From positions 1,024,001-1,088,000 of the forward strand of contig OY761614.1 in the NCBI GenBank assembly GCA_963664825.1: 64,000 nucleotides of DNA, given 5' to 3'. Under the pieces are notes generated by a model. The model was not told where the DNA came from. It made no database searches and saw only the letters and a list, made by a program, of their open reading frames with translations. The first letter of the stretch is position 1, and each line of letters starts with the position of its first letter. The position numbers and the translations under genes were made by a program. The DNA comes from an uncultured Holophaga sp. GTDB taxonomy: Bacteria; Acidobacteriota; Holophagae; Holophagales; Holophagaceae. This document shows, in pieces, positions 1 to 9,957 of the stretch.

Positions 1-515
1 AGATCCAGGCTGAAGGCGATCTCATCGGCCGAAGAGGAGGCTTCCCGCCGGGTGCCTCCAAGGGCCTCGTAGGGATCCCGAGCGGCCGCGACCTCGATCC
101 TTTTCCGCAGTGCGGCCATGTGCTGGGCCTGCATTTGGGCCAGGGTCAAGGCCTCTGGAGAGCCCTCGGACTCCCCCTGACGGGCCCGACGGATGCGCTC
201 CAAGCGCAGCGTCTCGGTCAGTCCCTCCTCCTGCTTTACCAGCGCCTCGAAGCCATTCTCGGGGCCCACCTCCTCGGGGAGGAGGCGACGGAAGAGGGAC
301 CGCGTCAACAGTTCTGCGGCCGCCGCGGGAAGGGTGCCCGTATCGGCCCGGCCTCCACGGATCACCAGCCGGGCATGGAAGGAGCCTGAGCCGGGCCGTT
401 CTACGCACAGGACCTGGAAACCGTTGGCAAACCGGTGTTCCCGAACCTCGGGGACCTGGGCGAGGGCCGTGACCGCCAGGATGGGAGCGAAAACGCTGGA
501 GAGAGAGAGACGCAT
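1..515 (-). CDS. M16 (insulinase/pitrilysin) family peptidase-like protein, 5' part only (runs off the window start); probably a non-catalytic subunit
   Basis: Not in the ORF track. Manual translation from ATG 515 gives MRLSLSSVFAPILAVTALAQVPEVREHRFANGFQVLCVERPGSGSFHARLVIRGGRADTG..., i.e. a signal peptide then the typical M16 N-terminus (xxNGxxV...). The HxxEH motif position reads AAELLTRSLF. Confidence 0.6.
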   Translation of the reverse strand, partial: MRLSLSSVFAPILAVTALAQVPEVREHRFANGFQVLCVERPGSGSFHARLVIRGGRADTGTLPAAAAELLTRSLFRRLLPEEVGPENGFEALVKQEEGLTETLRLERIRRARQGESEGSPEALTLAQMQAQHMAALRKRIEVAAARDPYEALGGTRREASSSADEIAFSLD

Positions 516-546
516 GCGCCTAGATTAGCGCAGCCGGGCCCCCTTT

Positions 547-1425
547 TTACCGGACGCGGATACTGCCGTTGGTGGTGGCGAGGGTGATCCTCTGGGAACG
601 GCCTGGCACCTTCAGGTGGGCGCTGTGCTTGGAGAGATCAATCACCTGGGCGCCGGGCAGCTTCACCTCCAGGCTGCCATTGCTGTTCGAGGCTTGCAGT
701 TCGCCGCTGGCCTTCCCCAATTCCACCTCGATGGACCCGTTGGTGGTCTCCAGGGCGATGCCCTCGCCCCAGCCATCGAGATTCCGGGCCCGGATGGACC
801 CGTTGGTGGTCTCCATCCGAATGCCGCCCTCCACCTCCTCGAGGATGATCCGCCCATTGGTCGTGCCGCCCTGGATGCGGGCCCGCAATTTCAGGGCCTC
901 GATGGTCCCATTGGTGGTATCGGCGTGGACCTCCCCTGAGATTTCGCGGACCTTGATATCCCCGTTGGTGGTCTCGCAATTGGCAAACCCATCGAGGGCG
1001 GTCACCGTGAGCGTCCCGTTGGTCGTGCGGAAATGGGCCAGGAGCCTGCGGGGCACACTCAGGGTCATCTCGCAGCGGGGACTCTGCACGAAGCCGATCC
1101 CAAAGGTCCATTTGGGCTGCTGGAAGAGGGCTTCGATATCGAGATCCTGCCCCTTGCGCTGCAGGACGAGCTGGATCCTCCGGCGCTCGGTGTCCCGGAT
1201 CTCGGCCGTGAGGGCGACTTCTTCCCGGTCCCAGCCCGTCACGTGGATACCACCGTTCCGGTTCTTCACCCAGAGCTTGGAACCAAAGTTCAGCTTCTCC
1301 GTGCGCCTCTCGGTCCGGGTATTGCCCGTCATGGAGGGCGCAGGGGGAGGGGTCGGCACCTGGGCCGCCAGGGCGCCACAGACCAGAAGGGCCCCCAGAG
1401 TCACGGAAACGCGAGCGGATTTCAT
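547..1425 (-). CDS. DUF4097 / putative adhesin beta-strand repeat protein with signal peptide
   Basis: Start [11 protein letters not shown] at 1425 behind an AAGGGAG SD. The protein has multiple tandem (T/S)TNG(T/D/S/R)(I/L) repeats. Confidence 0.8.
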   Translation of the reverse strand: MKSARVSVTLGALLVCGALAAQVPTPPPAPSMTGNTRTERRTEKLNFGSKLWVKNRNGGIHVTGWDREEVALTAEIRDTERRRIQLVLQRKGQDLDIEALFQQPKWTFGIGFVQSPRCEMTLSVPRRLLAHFRTTNGTLTVTALDGFANCETTNGDIKVREISGEVHADTTNGTIEALKLRARIQGGTTNGRIILEEVEGGIRMETTNGSIRARNLDGWGEGIALETTNGSIEVELGKASGELQASNSNGSLEVKLPGAQVIDLSKHSAHLKVPGRSQRITLATTNGSIRVR

Positions 1426-1637
1426 GGCCTCTCCCTTGGAAAAGAACCGGTACGACCCCGGACATATGTAAAACGCACGAACCCTCAAATAGATTAGCAA
1501 GGGCTGGAGGATCCCAGGACTTCCGAGTGCGTCCCAACACAGGGGGCGGGCTCGTGTACACTCTGGGCGAGAAGGCCTCCGGACCGGCCTGGCCGGGATT
1601 CCAGGGGACGAGCCGCGGCTATCACGAGGTACGTGCA

Positions 1638-2096
1638 ATGCAGATTTCCCTCCACCTCCTCCCCCACGGTGCAGGCCTTCCCCTGCCTGAATACGCCACG
1701 GCCCATGCGGCCGGCATGGATCTCAGGGCCGCCATTCCCGAAGGAGAGACCTGGGCGCTGGAGGCCGGAGAGCGGCGTCTGGTGCCCACGGGCATCACCC
1801 TCGCCGTGCCCGTGGGCTTCGAGGCCCAGGTGCGCCCCCGTTCGGGGCTCGCCCTGCGCCACGGCGTCACCGTGCTCAACGCGCCGGGCACCATCGATGC
1901 CGATTATCGCGGCGAAGTGGCGGTCCTCCTCATCAACCACGGCCTGGAGCCCTTCGAGATCCGCCGGGGGGATCGCATCGCGCAACTGCTGGTGGCACCG
2001 GTGGCCGTGTGGGAATGGGAGTTCGAAACGCAGCTCGCCGCCCTCGGCAAAACCGAGCGCGGCGAGGGAGGCTACGGATCTACAGGCCGCAGCTGA
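1638..2096 (+). CDS. dut: dUTP diphosphatase
   Basis: All five dUTPase motifs are present: [39 protein letters not shown]. Confidence 0.97.
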   Translation: MQISLHLLPHGAGLPLPEYATAHAAGMDLRAAIPEGETWALEAGERRLVPTGITLAVPVGFEAQVRPRSGLALRHGVTVLNAPGTIDADYRGEVAVLLINHGLEPFEIRRGDRIAQLLVAPVAVWEWEFETQLAALGKTERGEGGYGSTGRS

Positions 2097-2105
2097 AGGG
2101 AAGAA

Positions 2106-2699
2106 CTACTTCTTCTTCGGAGCGGGCTTGGCTGAAGACTTGGCGGCTGCGGGCTTCTGGGCCGACTTGTCGGCATCTGGCGCACCGTTCTCATACTTCT
2201 TGTCGTAGCGCTTGGCTAGTTCGTCCGAGAAGGAGGAGATGGCGGCGGCATCCACAGGGATCATGATCTGCTGGTTCCACTGGAAGAGCATCTGGAGCTT
2301 CAGGTCCTTGGCCAGATCCATCAGAATGGGGCCGATCTCCTGGTTGAACTGGCCCATGGCCTTCTGCTCTGCCTTCTGGAACTCCGCCTGGCTATCCTCC
2401 TGGAGGCGCTTGAAACCCAATTCGCCATCCTGGAATTCGCGCTGCAGCTTGGCCCGTCCCTCTTCGGAAAGGGCAGGAGACTTGATCTGCTGCTCCAGCT
2501 TCTGCAGCTCCTCGGCCTTGGCCTTGACCTTCTCGGTGAGGGTCTTGTTGAGCACCTCCAGTTCGGCAAAGACCTTCTTGGCGCGCACCGAGGTTTCGAT
2601 GACCCGTCCGGGATGGAAAACCCCAAGGCGGGTGAGAGGCTCCTGGGCGAGAAGGGGAATCGCGGCAGCCAGGGCCAGGAGGGTGACGAAACGGCGCAT
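2106..2699 (-). CDS. skp: OmpH/Skp periplasmic outer-membrane-protein chaperone
   Basis: Signal peptide plus a long basic coiled-coil region; lies directly downstream of bamA. Confidence 0.8.
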   Translation of the reverse strand: MRRFVTLLALAAAIPLLAQEPLTRLGVFHPGRVIETSVRAKKVFAELEVLNKTLTEKVKAKAEELQKLEQQIKSPALSEEGRAKLQREFQDGELGFKRLQEDSQAEFQKAEQKAMGQFNQEIGPILMDLAKDLKLQMLFQWNQQIMIPVDAAAISSFSDELAKRYDKKYENGAPDADKSAQKPAAAKSSAKPAPKKK

Positions 2700-2757
2700 G
2701 AGAAACTCCGAAGAAAGAACCAGCTTAGCGCAGCGACCGAGGATGTGTCGTCGGGGA

Positions 2758-5340
2758 TCAGAAGGTGGTCCCGATGCTGAATTGGAAATCGGTCCTGGAT
2801 TCGGTATCGAAGGGATAGGGGTTCAGCTTCTTGGACCAGATCAGGCGCAGGGGAGCCGGGCTGATGGGCAGGAAGAAGCGGAACTCGATCCCGGCTGAGC
2901 GCACCAGGGTGGGATTCCGGTAGGTCACGGCATTCCCGTAGGAGTCGTTGCCCTTGACCAGATCCCGACTGAAGACCGAGGTGCCCGGCGCCCAGGCGTT
3001 GCCGGCATCGTAGAAGAGCACCGTGCGGAACTGATCGGCGATCTTGAATTGGTATTCGAAATTGGCAATCAGCTGTTTGTTTCCCCCTACCACCACCAAC
3101 TGGGTGTTGCTGTCCGTGTAGGCACTGCCCACCTGACCGTAGCGGTAGCCGCGGATGCTGTTCTCACCCCCGGGCCGGTACATCTCCCAGATCGGGAGGC
3201 TTTCATGGCTGAGGTTGCGCAGGTAACCATAGGTGATATTGGCCGCGAAGATATGGCGCTCGGCGATATTGCCGATCTTGGTGAACTCCCAGGTGGCCCG
3301 GTAGAAGGGTTTGTCGGTGCCGAACTGCCAGCCACCATACTCCAGGCTCATACCCAGCTTGGTGCCCGACGTGGGTTTGAAGGGGTGATTGACCGTGCTG
3401 TAGGTGAGGCTCTGATTGATGGAGGAGGTGAGCTGAGGGGTGCTGGAATCCCGGTAGTAGTAGTTCTGCCCGCCCTCGATGCGCATGACTCGGAAGTTGT
3501 AGCCCACGGCATAGCTCGTGAAAAAGGCCCAGCGCTGCCCCGGGAAGAAGGTGCTCAGGCGCGTGCCCGTGGAAAGGCCCAGGCCCCGGGTGTACTGCTT
3601 GTAGGCGTTGGCCGTGCCCACGCGAGATGCATCGTAGTCCGTGGTGCCATAGGAGACCGAGGCCGACATGGAGTAGGGCTTATCGAAGATGTAGGGCTCC
3701 ATGAAGGAGAGCGTGACGTTCCGCTGGTACTTGCCCCCGTTGTAGCTGAGCCCCAGAGTCTCACCGTTGCCACCCAGGTTCTTGGTGGAGAAGCTGGCCC
3801 CCAGACTGAACCCGAAGAGCGATCCGTAGCCCCCCTGGAACAGCAGTTCGTTGACACCGGACTCCTCGCCCTTGATCTTGATATCCACCAGGGGTTTTTC
3901 GGGATCGGGCTTGATATCGGGCTCCTGGTTCTTCACATCGAAGAAGCCAAGCTGGCCAAGACCCGTGAAGGAATCCTTGAAGCCTTCCATGCTGAAGGGA
4001 TCGCCTTCCTTCACCATCAGGGAACGCCGGAGGACCTTGTCCTTGGTGGTGGTGTTGCCCTCGAAGGTGATCCGCCGAATTGTGTAGGGTTCCCCCTCCT
4101 CCAGCTTGAGGGTCGTGTCCACCTTCTTGACCCCGCCCTCCTCCCGGACCTCCAGCTTCTTGTCGGCTCGGAACATGATGTAGCTCAGGTTCGAATAGGT
4201 CTCGCGGATCTTGTCCACACCCTTATTGAGGGCATCGAGATCGAAGGGCCTCAGGTCCTTCGAGGGCAGATCGGCCGCGGAGGGTTTCAGATCCAGGAAC
4301 TTGGCGATCATGGAGCGGTTGTCCCGCTTGGCCTCGGCGATCTTCAGCCTGAGATAGTTGACGCCGGCCTCGTTCTTGAAGAGCTTGTTGTTGCCCTCGA
4401 GCTTGAGGCGGCCCTCATAGAACTTCTCGCCCTCCAGAATCGGAACGGTGAGGGTGGCTCGCATATCGTACTTGGGGGACTTGGCCTCCGCGATCCGCTT
4501 CACGTTCTTCTTCTTCTGCCGGGATGTCGTGAAGTCGTTCACCTCGATGGTGGGTTGGCCCACGAAGACATCCTTGTAGCCCTGGCGCCAGTATTCCTTC
4601 TTGATGTTCTGGAGGTCGTCCTCGAGGTTCTTGTCCACCAGCAGATCGTGGGAGGTAAGCCAGCTCCACATCCAGTGCTGGCGGGTCTTTTCCATGGCCC
4701 CCCGCAGATGAGAGCTGCTCATGAGTTTATTGCCCCGGAAAACCACCTTGTAGATCTTGACCTTGCCGCCTTCCTTGATATCGAAGACCAGCCGGGCTAA
4801 GCCTCCGCCCAGGGGTTCCAGCGTCACGTCGATCACGGGATTTCGGAAGCCCTTCTCGGCGCACTGTTCGACAATGAGACCCTTCACCTTCCGGGTGGCG
4901 TCCGGATCGTAGACCGCGTTCTCGAGGATGGTGAGCTTCTTCTCTTTGATCTTGTCCTTGAGATTGCTGAGGCCCACTTCCGTGCCGCCCCGGTAATCGA
5001 TCTCCTTGACGATGGGCCGCTCCGCCACGCGAATGACGAGCTTTTTCCCATCCTTGGTGTCCTCGACCTCGAACTTGATGTCTTCGAAGGCCTTGGAATC
5101 CCAGAGCTTCTCCAGGATGGAGGTGAAGTCCAGCGTCCGGAGATCATCCCCCACCTTCAGGCCGGCCTTGAAGATCACCGTCTCGGGCGAGAGCTTCTGG
5201 GCTCCCAGCACCTCAATCTTGGAGATGACTTCGGAGTCCTGGGCCAGGACGGGGAGGGAGTGGAGGCCCGCTACCAGGGCGAGGGGCAACAATCCACTGC
5301 ACAGAAAGGGTCTTCGCCGGGCGTCGTTCGGAATGGGCAT
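2758..5340 (-). CDS. bamA: Outer membrane protein assembly factor BamA
   Basis: Signal peptide, POTRA repeats (e.g. GNTTTKDKVLRR), the IRGY loop-6 motif and a C-terminal FQFSIGTTF. Confidence 0.95.
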   Translation of the reverse strand: MPIPNDARRRPFLCSGLLPLALVAGLHSLPVLAQDSEVISKIEVLGAQKLSPETVIFKAGLKVGDDLRTLDFTSILEKLWDSKAFEDIKFEVEDTKDGKKLVIRVAERPIVKEIDYRGGTEVGLSNLKDKIKEKKLTILENAVYDPDATRKVKGLIVEQCAEKGFRNPVIDVTLEPLGGGLARLVFDIKEGGKVKIYKVVFRGNKLMSSSHLRGAMEKTRQHWMWSWLTSHDLLVDKNLEDDLQNIKKEYWRQGYKDVFVGQPTIEVNDFTTSRQKKKNVKRIAEAKSPKYDMRATLTVPILEGEKFYEGRLKLEGNNKLFKNEAGVNYLRLKIAEAKRDNRSMIAKFLDLKPSAADLPSKDLRPFDLDALNKGVDKIRETYSNLSYIMFRADKKLEVREEGGVKKVDTTLKLEEGEPYTIRRITFEGNTTTKDKVLRRSLMVKEGDPFSMEGFKDSFTGLGQLGFFDVKNQEPDIKPDPEKPLVDIKIKGEESGVNELLFQGGYGSLFGFSLGASFSTKNLGGNGETLGLSYNGGKYQRNVTLSFMEPYIFDKPYSMSASVSYGTTDYDASRVGTANAYKQYTRGLGLSTGTRLSTFFPGQRWAFFTSYAVGYNFRVMRIEGGQNYYYRDSSTPQLTSSINQSLTYSTVNHPFKPTSGTKLGMSLEYGGWQFGTDKPFYRATWEFTKIGNIAERHIFAANITYGYLRNLSHESLPIWEMYRPGGENSIRGYRYGQVGSAYTDSNTQLVVVGGNKQLIANFEYQFKIADQFRTVLFYDAGNAWAPGTSVFSRDLVKGNDSYGNAVTYRNPTLVRSAGIEFRFFLPISPAPLRLIWSKKLNPYPFDTESRTDFQFSIGTTF

Positions 5341-5466
5341 TCAGGATCCAGAGAGAGGGGGGTTCTTTCGTCAAGAAGTCACGGACCCCCGCATGAGGGA
5401 GGCGCTTCGCTCATTCATTCTAGGTGCGTTCCCCGCAAAAAAGGGTTCACCTCTCCAGAGAAAGGT

Positions 5467-7923
5467 TCATTCCGGGGGAACGGCGCATGCGGGCTCGCTG
5501 TGGGACTGGGCCGTGAAGGCCGGAACCAGATGGTCCTCGGCCAGATCGAAGAACACGTTGCCCGCCGGGACGCTATCCTGGGCCACCATGAGCTCCGCCA
5601 AGGGATCCTCCACCTGCTTCTGAATGGCCCGCCTGAGAGGCCGCGCCCCGTAGGAGCGATCCCGGGCCGTGGTCTTCACGATGAAGTCCACGGCCGCATC
5701 CGAGAGGTCCACCACGAGGTTGTGCTTCTGAAGGGTGATATTGAGGTCCCCGATGAGGAGGCGAACGATCTTGCGGAGCTCCTCATCGCCCAGGCGGCCG
5801 AAGACCACGATCTCATCAATGCGATTCAGGAACTCTGGCGAGAAGGTGCGCTTCAGCACTTTCAGAGCGTCCCCCGTCTTCGCGTCCGGGCGCGTGTCTT
5901 GCTCCACGAATCCGAGGCTCTTGTCGGCGAGCAGTTCCCGGCTGCCCACATTGGAAGTCATGATGATCAGGGTGTTCTTGAAATCCACCACATTGCCGAA
6001 GGCGTCCGTGGCGATGCCATCGTCGAAAATCTGAAGCAGGATATTGATCAGATCGGGATGGGCCTTCTCCACTTCGTCGAAGAGCAACACGCAATACGGA
6101 TTGCGACGCACCCGGTCCGTGAGCAGACCGCCCTCCTCATAGCCCACGTACCCGGGAGGGGCGCCGAGAAGCTTGGAGACCTCGTGTTTCTCCATGAATT
6201 CGCTCATATCGAAGCGGATCATCTTCTTGGGATCCCCGAAGAGGAAGGCCGCGAGGTTCTTGGCCAGCTCCGTCTTGCCGACCCCCGTGGGCCCCAGGAA
6301 GAGGAAACTGCCCATGGGACGGTTGGGGTTCTTGAGGCCCGTACGGGCCCGGCGCACGGCCCGACTCACCGCCGAGACCGCCTCCTGCTGCCCGATGACC
6401 CGGTCGTTGAGGTGATCCTCCATGTGGGAGAGATTGGCCTTGTCCTCGTTCTTGAGGGCCTTCACCAGGATCCCCGTCCAGGAGGCCACCACGTCCTCGA
6501 TATCCTGCTCGGTGACCAGGGCGAACTGCTCGTAGTCCTCCTCGCTGAGTTCCTGGGTCGAGTGCTGGATCTTCTCCCGGAGCTGAACCTCCTTCTGACG
6601 CAGCAGGACGGCCCGCTCGAAATCACGGTTCAGGACGGCCTCGTTCATCTCGTTGATGACACGGTGCAGCTCCTCTTCCACTTTGTTGGAATCGCCCCCC
6701 CCGGGCCCCACCCGCAGCTTCACCCGAGCCCCGGCCTCGTCCAGCAGATCGATGGCCTTATCGGGCAGGAAGCGGTCCGTGATGTAGCGGTTCGAGAGAT
6801 AGACGGCCGCCTGGAGGGTCAGCTGAGCGTAGCGGACCCTGTGGAAGAGTTCGTAGCGGCCGCGGATGCCTTCGAGGATCCGCAGGCTCTCGGCCTCGTC
6901 GGGGGGGTTCACGTTCACCGGCTGGAAGCGTCGCACCAGGGACCGGTCCTTGTCGATGTACTTGGCGAACTCCTTGTGGGTTGTGGCCCCAATGCACTGG
7001 ATTTCCCCCCGGGAGAGGGCGGGCTTCAGGATATTGGCTGCGTCCAGGCTGCCCTCGGCGGCGCCGGTGCCGATGATCGAATGGATCTCGTCGATGAAGA
7101 GCACCACAGAGGTGTCCTTGGAGGCCTCCTGGATGATCGACTTGAGGCGCTCCTCGAACTGGCCCCGGTACTTGGTGCCGGCCACCACCAGACTGAGATC
7201 CAGCGCATAGATGCGCTTATCCAAGAGGCTCGGCGGCACGTGCCCCTCGAAGATCCTCTGGGCCAGTCCCTCGACAATGGCCGTCTTGCCCACGCCTGCC
7301 TCACCCAGCAGGATCGGATTATTCTTGCGGCGGCGGCTGAGGATCTGGATGATGCGCTCGATCTCCGTTTCCCGGCCGATCAAGTTATCGAAGATCCCCC
7401 GTTCCGCCAATTCAGAGAGGTTGCGGGCGAATTCCGACAGGAGCGGGTGTTCCTTCTTCTTTTTCGAGATCGTCTCTTCCTTGGTGGCTTCCAGCAGAAT
7501 CTCCTTGGCGGCGATGAGATCGGCCCCCATCTCCTTCAAGAGCCGACCCGCAAGGCCCTGCTCCTCCTTCAGCATCCCCAGCAGCAGATGCTCGGCCCCG
7601 ACATGCTTGTGGTTGAGCTTGGCGCTTTCGTTGGCCGCGTGCTGGAGGATGCGCTTGACCTCCTCCTCCATGGGGATATCGATGCTGGTGGAACTCGGCG
7701 TGACCTTCTTATCCCGGGGGGTGAGCGCGGCGATGAGGCGCTCTCGGAGCAGGCTGGTCTGGACGCCCATGCGCTCCAGGAGTCCGATGGAGGTCTTCTC
7801 CGCCTCCCGGAGCAGTCCCAGGAGCAGATGGCCGCTGCCGATGCTCTCGGCGCCGAACTGGCTGGCCTCGTAGCGCGCGAAGAACATCACGCGACGGGCT
7901 TTTTCTGTGAACTTTTCGAACAC
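5467..7923 (-). CDS. clpC: ATP-dependent Clp protease ATP-binding subunit (ClpC/ClpA type)
   Basis: GTG start (MFEKFTEKARR), Clp-N repeats, two Walker A motifs (GEAGVGKT, GPTGVGKT), a UVR-like middle domain and an LGF ClpP-docking loop. Confidence 0.92.
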   Translation of the reverse strand: MFEKFTEKARRVMFFARYEASQFGAESIGSGHLLLGLLREAEKTSIGLLERMGVQTSLLRERLIAALTPRDKKVTPSSTSIDIPMEEEVKRILQHAANESAKLNHKHVGAEHLLLGMLKEEQGLAGRLLKEMGADLIAAKEILLEATKEETISKKKKEHPLLSEFARNLSELAERGIFDNLIGRETEIERIIQILSRRRKNNPILLGEAGVGKTAIVEGLAQRIFEGHVPPSLLDKRIYALDLSLVVAGTKYRGQFEERLKSIIQEASKDTSVVLFIDEIHSIIGTGAAEGSLDAANILKPALSRGEIQCIGATTHKEFAKYIDKDRSLVRRFQPVNVNPPDEAESLRILEGIRGRYELFHRVRYAQLTLQAAVYLSNRYITDRFLPDKAIDLLDEAGARVKLRVGPGGGDSNKVEEELHRVINEMNEAVLNRDFERAVLLRQKEVQLREKIQHSTQELSEEDYEQFALVTEQDIEDVVASWTGILVKALKNEDKANLSHMEDHLNDRVIGQQEAVSAVSRAVRRARTGLKNPNRPMGSFLFLGPTGVGKTELAKNLAAFLFGDPKKMIRFDMSEFMEKHEVSKLLGAPPGYVGYEEGGLLTDRVRRNPYCVLLFDEVEKAHPDLINILLQIFDDGIATDAFGNVVDFKNTLIIMTSNVGSRELLADKSLGFVEQDTRPDAKTGDALKVLKRTFSPEFLNRIDEIVVFGRLGDEELRKIVRLLIGDLNITLQKHNLVVDLSDAAVDFIVKTTARDRSYGARPLRRAIQKQVEDPLAELMVAQDSVPAGNVFFDLAEDHLVPAFTAQSHSEPACAVPPE

Positions 7924-8079
7924 AAATCCCCCGGGGCTGGAACTCGAGCGGGACCCCAAGATGGGGTTCCTACCCGGTTGGCTACAGGGTAGCGCCATCC
8001 CTCACCGGTGTCCCCGATCGGGAATTGCGGGTAGGAAGAAAGCGCGCCCGGCGGTAATCTTAAGGGCTGGGAGCCCATC

Positions 8080-9390
8080 ATGATCGATCGTTCTAGGAAC
8101 CTCGCCATCCTCGGACTGCAATGGGGCGACGAAGGCAAGGGCAAGCTCGTGGACCTCCTGAGCGCCCGCTTCCGCCACGTGGTCCGGTTCCAGGGGGGCA
8201 ACAACGCGGGCCACACGGTGGTAGTCGACGGCCAGAGCATCGCGCTCCATCAGGTGCCCAGCGGTGCCCTGCATCCCCAGTGTTTCCTAGTGGTGGGCTC
8301 CGGCGTACTCCTCAACCTCGGGGTGTTCCGCCAGGAGCTGGATCGCTTGTCCCAGCGGGGCGTCGATGTCACAGGGCGCATGCTCATTTCGGACAAGGCC
8401 CACCTCATCCTGCCGCACCACATCGCCCTGGATCAGTGGAGGGAAGGCCGCGCCGGCGCCAGCAAGATCGGCACCACCGGACGCGGCATCGGCCCGGCCT
8501 ACGAGATGAAGGCCGCCCGCATGGGCGTGCGCATGGGTGACCTCAAGCATCCGGAGTTGCTCCAGGAGCGCATCCGGCCCAGCTACGAGGAAGTGCGGCT
8601 CCTGCTGGGGGCCGAGGCCGAACTGCCCAGCATCGAAGCCATCGCCGCTCAGTTGATGGAACAGGCCCAGCCCCTGCTCCCGCTCATCGGGGATATCCAA
8701 GCCCACTTGAGGGAGGCCGACGCCAAGGGCGAGGCCATTCTCTTCGAGGGGGCCCAGGCGACCCTGCTGGATATCGACCACGGCACCTATCCCTTTGTCA
8801 CCAGCTCCAACTGCAGCATCGGCGGCCTCTTCACGGGCACAGGGCTCTCTCACAAGGCCCTGGGATATGTGCTGGGGGTCGCCAAGGCCTATACCACCCG
8901 CGTGGGCGCGGGCCCCATGCCCTCCGAACTCCTGGATGCCTCGGGAGAACGGCTGCGGGAGGTGGGCCGGGAATTCGGAACCACCACCGGCAGGCCCCGG
9001 CGCTGCGGCTGGTTTGACGCGCCCATCACCCGCCACGCCGTGCGCACCAATGGCGTCGATGGCCTGGGCGTCATGAAGCTGGATGTGATGGATGGCTTCC
9101 AGGAAGTGGGTCTGGTCATCGGCTATCGCGACGGCGAGGGGGGCCTAGTGGCCAATCTGCCTTCCTGTGCCCAGGACTGGCTGAGCCTCAAGCCCGAGGT
9201 CCGGATGCACAAGGGATGGAGCCAGCCCACCCGAGGCATCCGGGACCTGAAGCAGCTGCCCAAGGAGGCTCATGCCTACCTGGACGCCCTCGCTGAAGCC
9301 GCCGAGGCCCCCATCGCCTACCTCAGCACGGGCCCGGACCGGGATGAAGGCTTCGCCTGGCCTGGACGATTCCTGAAAGGGATGATCTAG
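8080..9390 (+). CDS. purA: Adenylosuccinate synthetase
   Basis: Motifs QWGDEGKGK, GGNNAGHT, GTYPFVTSS and GTTTGRPRRCGW. Confidence 0.97.
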   Translation: MIDRSRNLAILGLQWGDEGKGKLVDLLSARFRHVVRFQGGNNAGHTVVVDGQSIALHQVPSGALHPQCFLVVGSGVLLNLGVFRQELDRLSQRGVDVTGRMLISDKAHLILPHHIALDQWREGRAGASKIGTTGRGIGPAYEMKAARMGVRMGDLKHPELLQERIRPSYEEVRLLLGAEAELPSIEAIAAQLMEQAQPLLPLIGDIQAHLREADAKGEAILFEGAQATLLDIDHGTYPFVTSSNCSIGGLFTGTGLSHKALGYVLGVAKAYTTRVGAGPMPSELLDASGERLREVGREFGTTTGRPRRCGWFDAPITRHAVRTNGVDGLGVMKLDVMDGFQEVGLVIGYRDGEGGLVANLPSCAQDWLSLKPEVRMHKGWSQPTRGIRDLKQLPKEAHAYLDALAEAAEAPIAYLSTGPDRDEGFAWPGRFLKGMI

Positions 9391-9499
9391 CAGGACCTGC
9401 GACTCTCACCTGTCATCCCCCCAAAAGGGGGACGGTGGTGATGGCTTGATTCCACACTCAGCGCGCCAGAGGCCAGGGAACCCATTGCTCCACGACGAC

Positions 9500-9529
9500 A
9501 AAAGAAGCGCCCCTTGCGGGGCGTTTCTT
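9500..9529 (-). terminator. Intrinsic terminator after rplQ (may also act on the convergent purA transcript)
   Basis: Hairpin AAGAAACGCCCC-GCAA-GGGGCGCTTCTT followed by T residues on the minus strand. Confidence 0.75.
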
Positions 9530-9546
9530 CGTTGAAAGCGGAAAAT

Positions 9547-9945
9547 CTACTCCGCGGTTTCCTCGACAACCTTGGGCTCAGGCATGATGTAGTCCACCAT
9601 CTCGATGAGGGCCATGTCCGCCGCGTCGCCGCGACGATGATCGGTCTTGAGGATGCGGGTGTAGCCGCCGGGACGCGCGCTGAAGCGGGCCCGGAATTCG
9701 GCGGAAAAGAGCTTCTGTACCACGGTCTTGGAACCGAGGCGGGCCATGGCCAAACGGCGATTGGCCACGGTGTCGCTCTTGGCGAGGGTGATGAAGGGCT
9801 CCACGTAGCGGCGGAGTTCCTTGGCCTTCACGAGGGTCGTCGAAATGCGCTCATGTTCGATGAACGAGGTCGCGAGGTTCTTCATGAGGGCCTTGCGCTG
9901 GTTGGTATTTCGGCCCAGGCGCTTGCCGGCAACATTGTGACGCAT
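9547..9945 (-). CDS. rplQ: 50S ribosomal protein L17
   Basis: MRHN..GKRLGR N-terminus and RPGGYTRI motif; last gene of the alpha operon. Confidence 0.98.
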   Translation of the reverse strand: MRHNVAGKRLGRNTNQRKALMKNLATSFIEHERISTTLVKAKELRRYVEPFITLAKSDTVANRRLAMARLGSKTVVQKLFSAEFRARFSARPGGYTRILKTDHRRGDAADMALIEMVDYIMPEPKVVEETAE

Positions 9946-9957
9946 GGTCGCGACTCC

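Noticed and set aside
499..510. (GA)6 dinucleotide run just after the start of the M16-like gene, as a possible phase-variation tract
   Set aside because: Only six units, and it encodes LSLS of a normal signal peptide in frame. There is no evidence of length variation.
560..1030. Repeated ccgttggtggt-like segments
   Set aside because: They encode the TTNG beta-strand repeats of the DUF4097 protein. They are not CRISPR repeats or a DNA repeat element.
5260..7992. 910-aa plus-strand ORF, and similar long ORFs at 3049-4800, 13297-15219, 23905-26337, 40009-41955, 43695-46430, 46491-48704, 48873-51308 and 54956-56254
   Set aside because: They are antisense shadows of well-identified genes (clpC, bamA, secY, fusA, pnp, rpoC, rpoB, tuf). 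Such shadows are expected from GC-rich codon bias and show no protein motifs.
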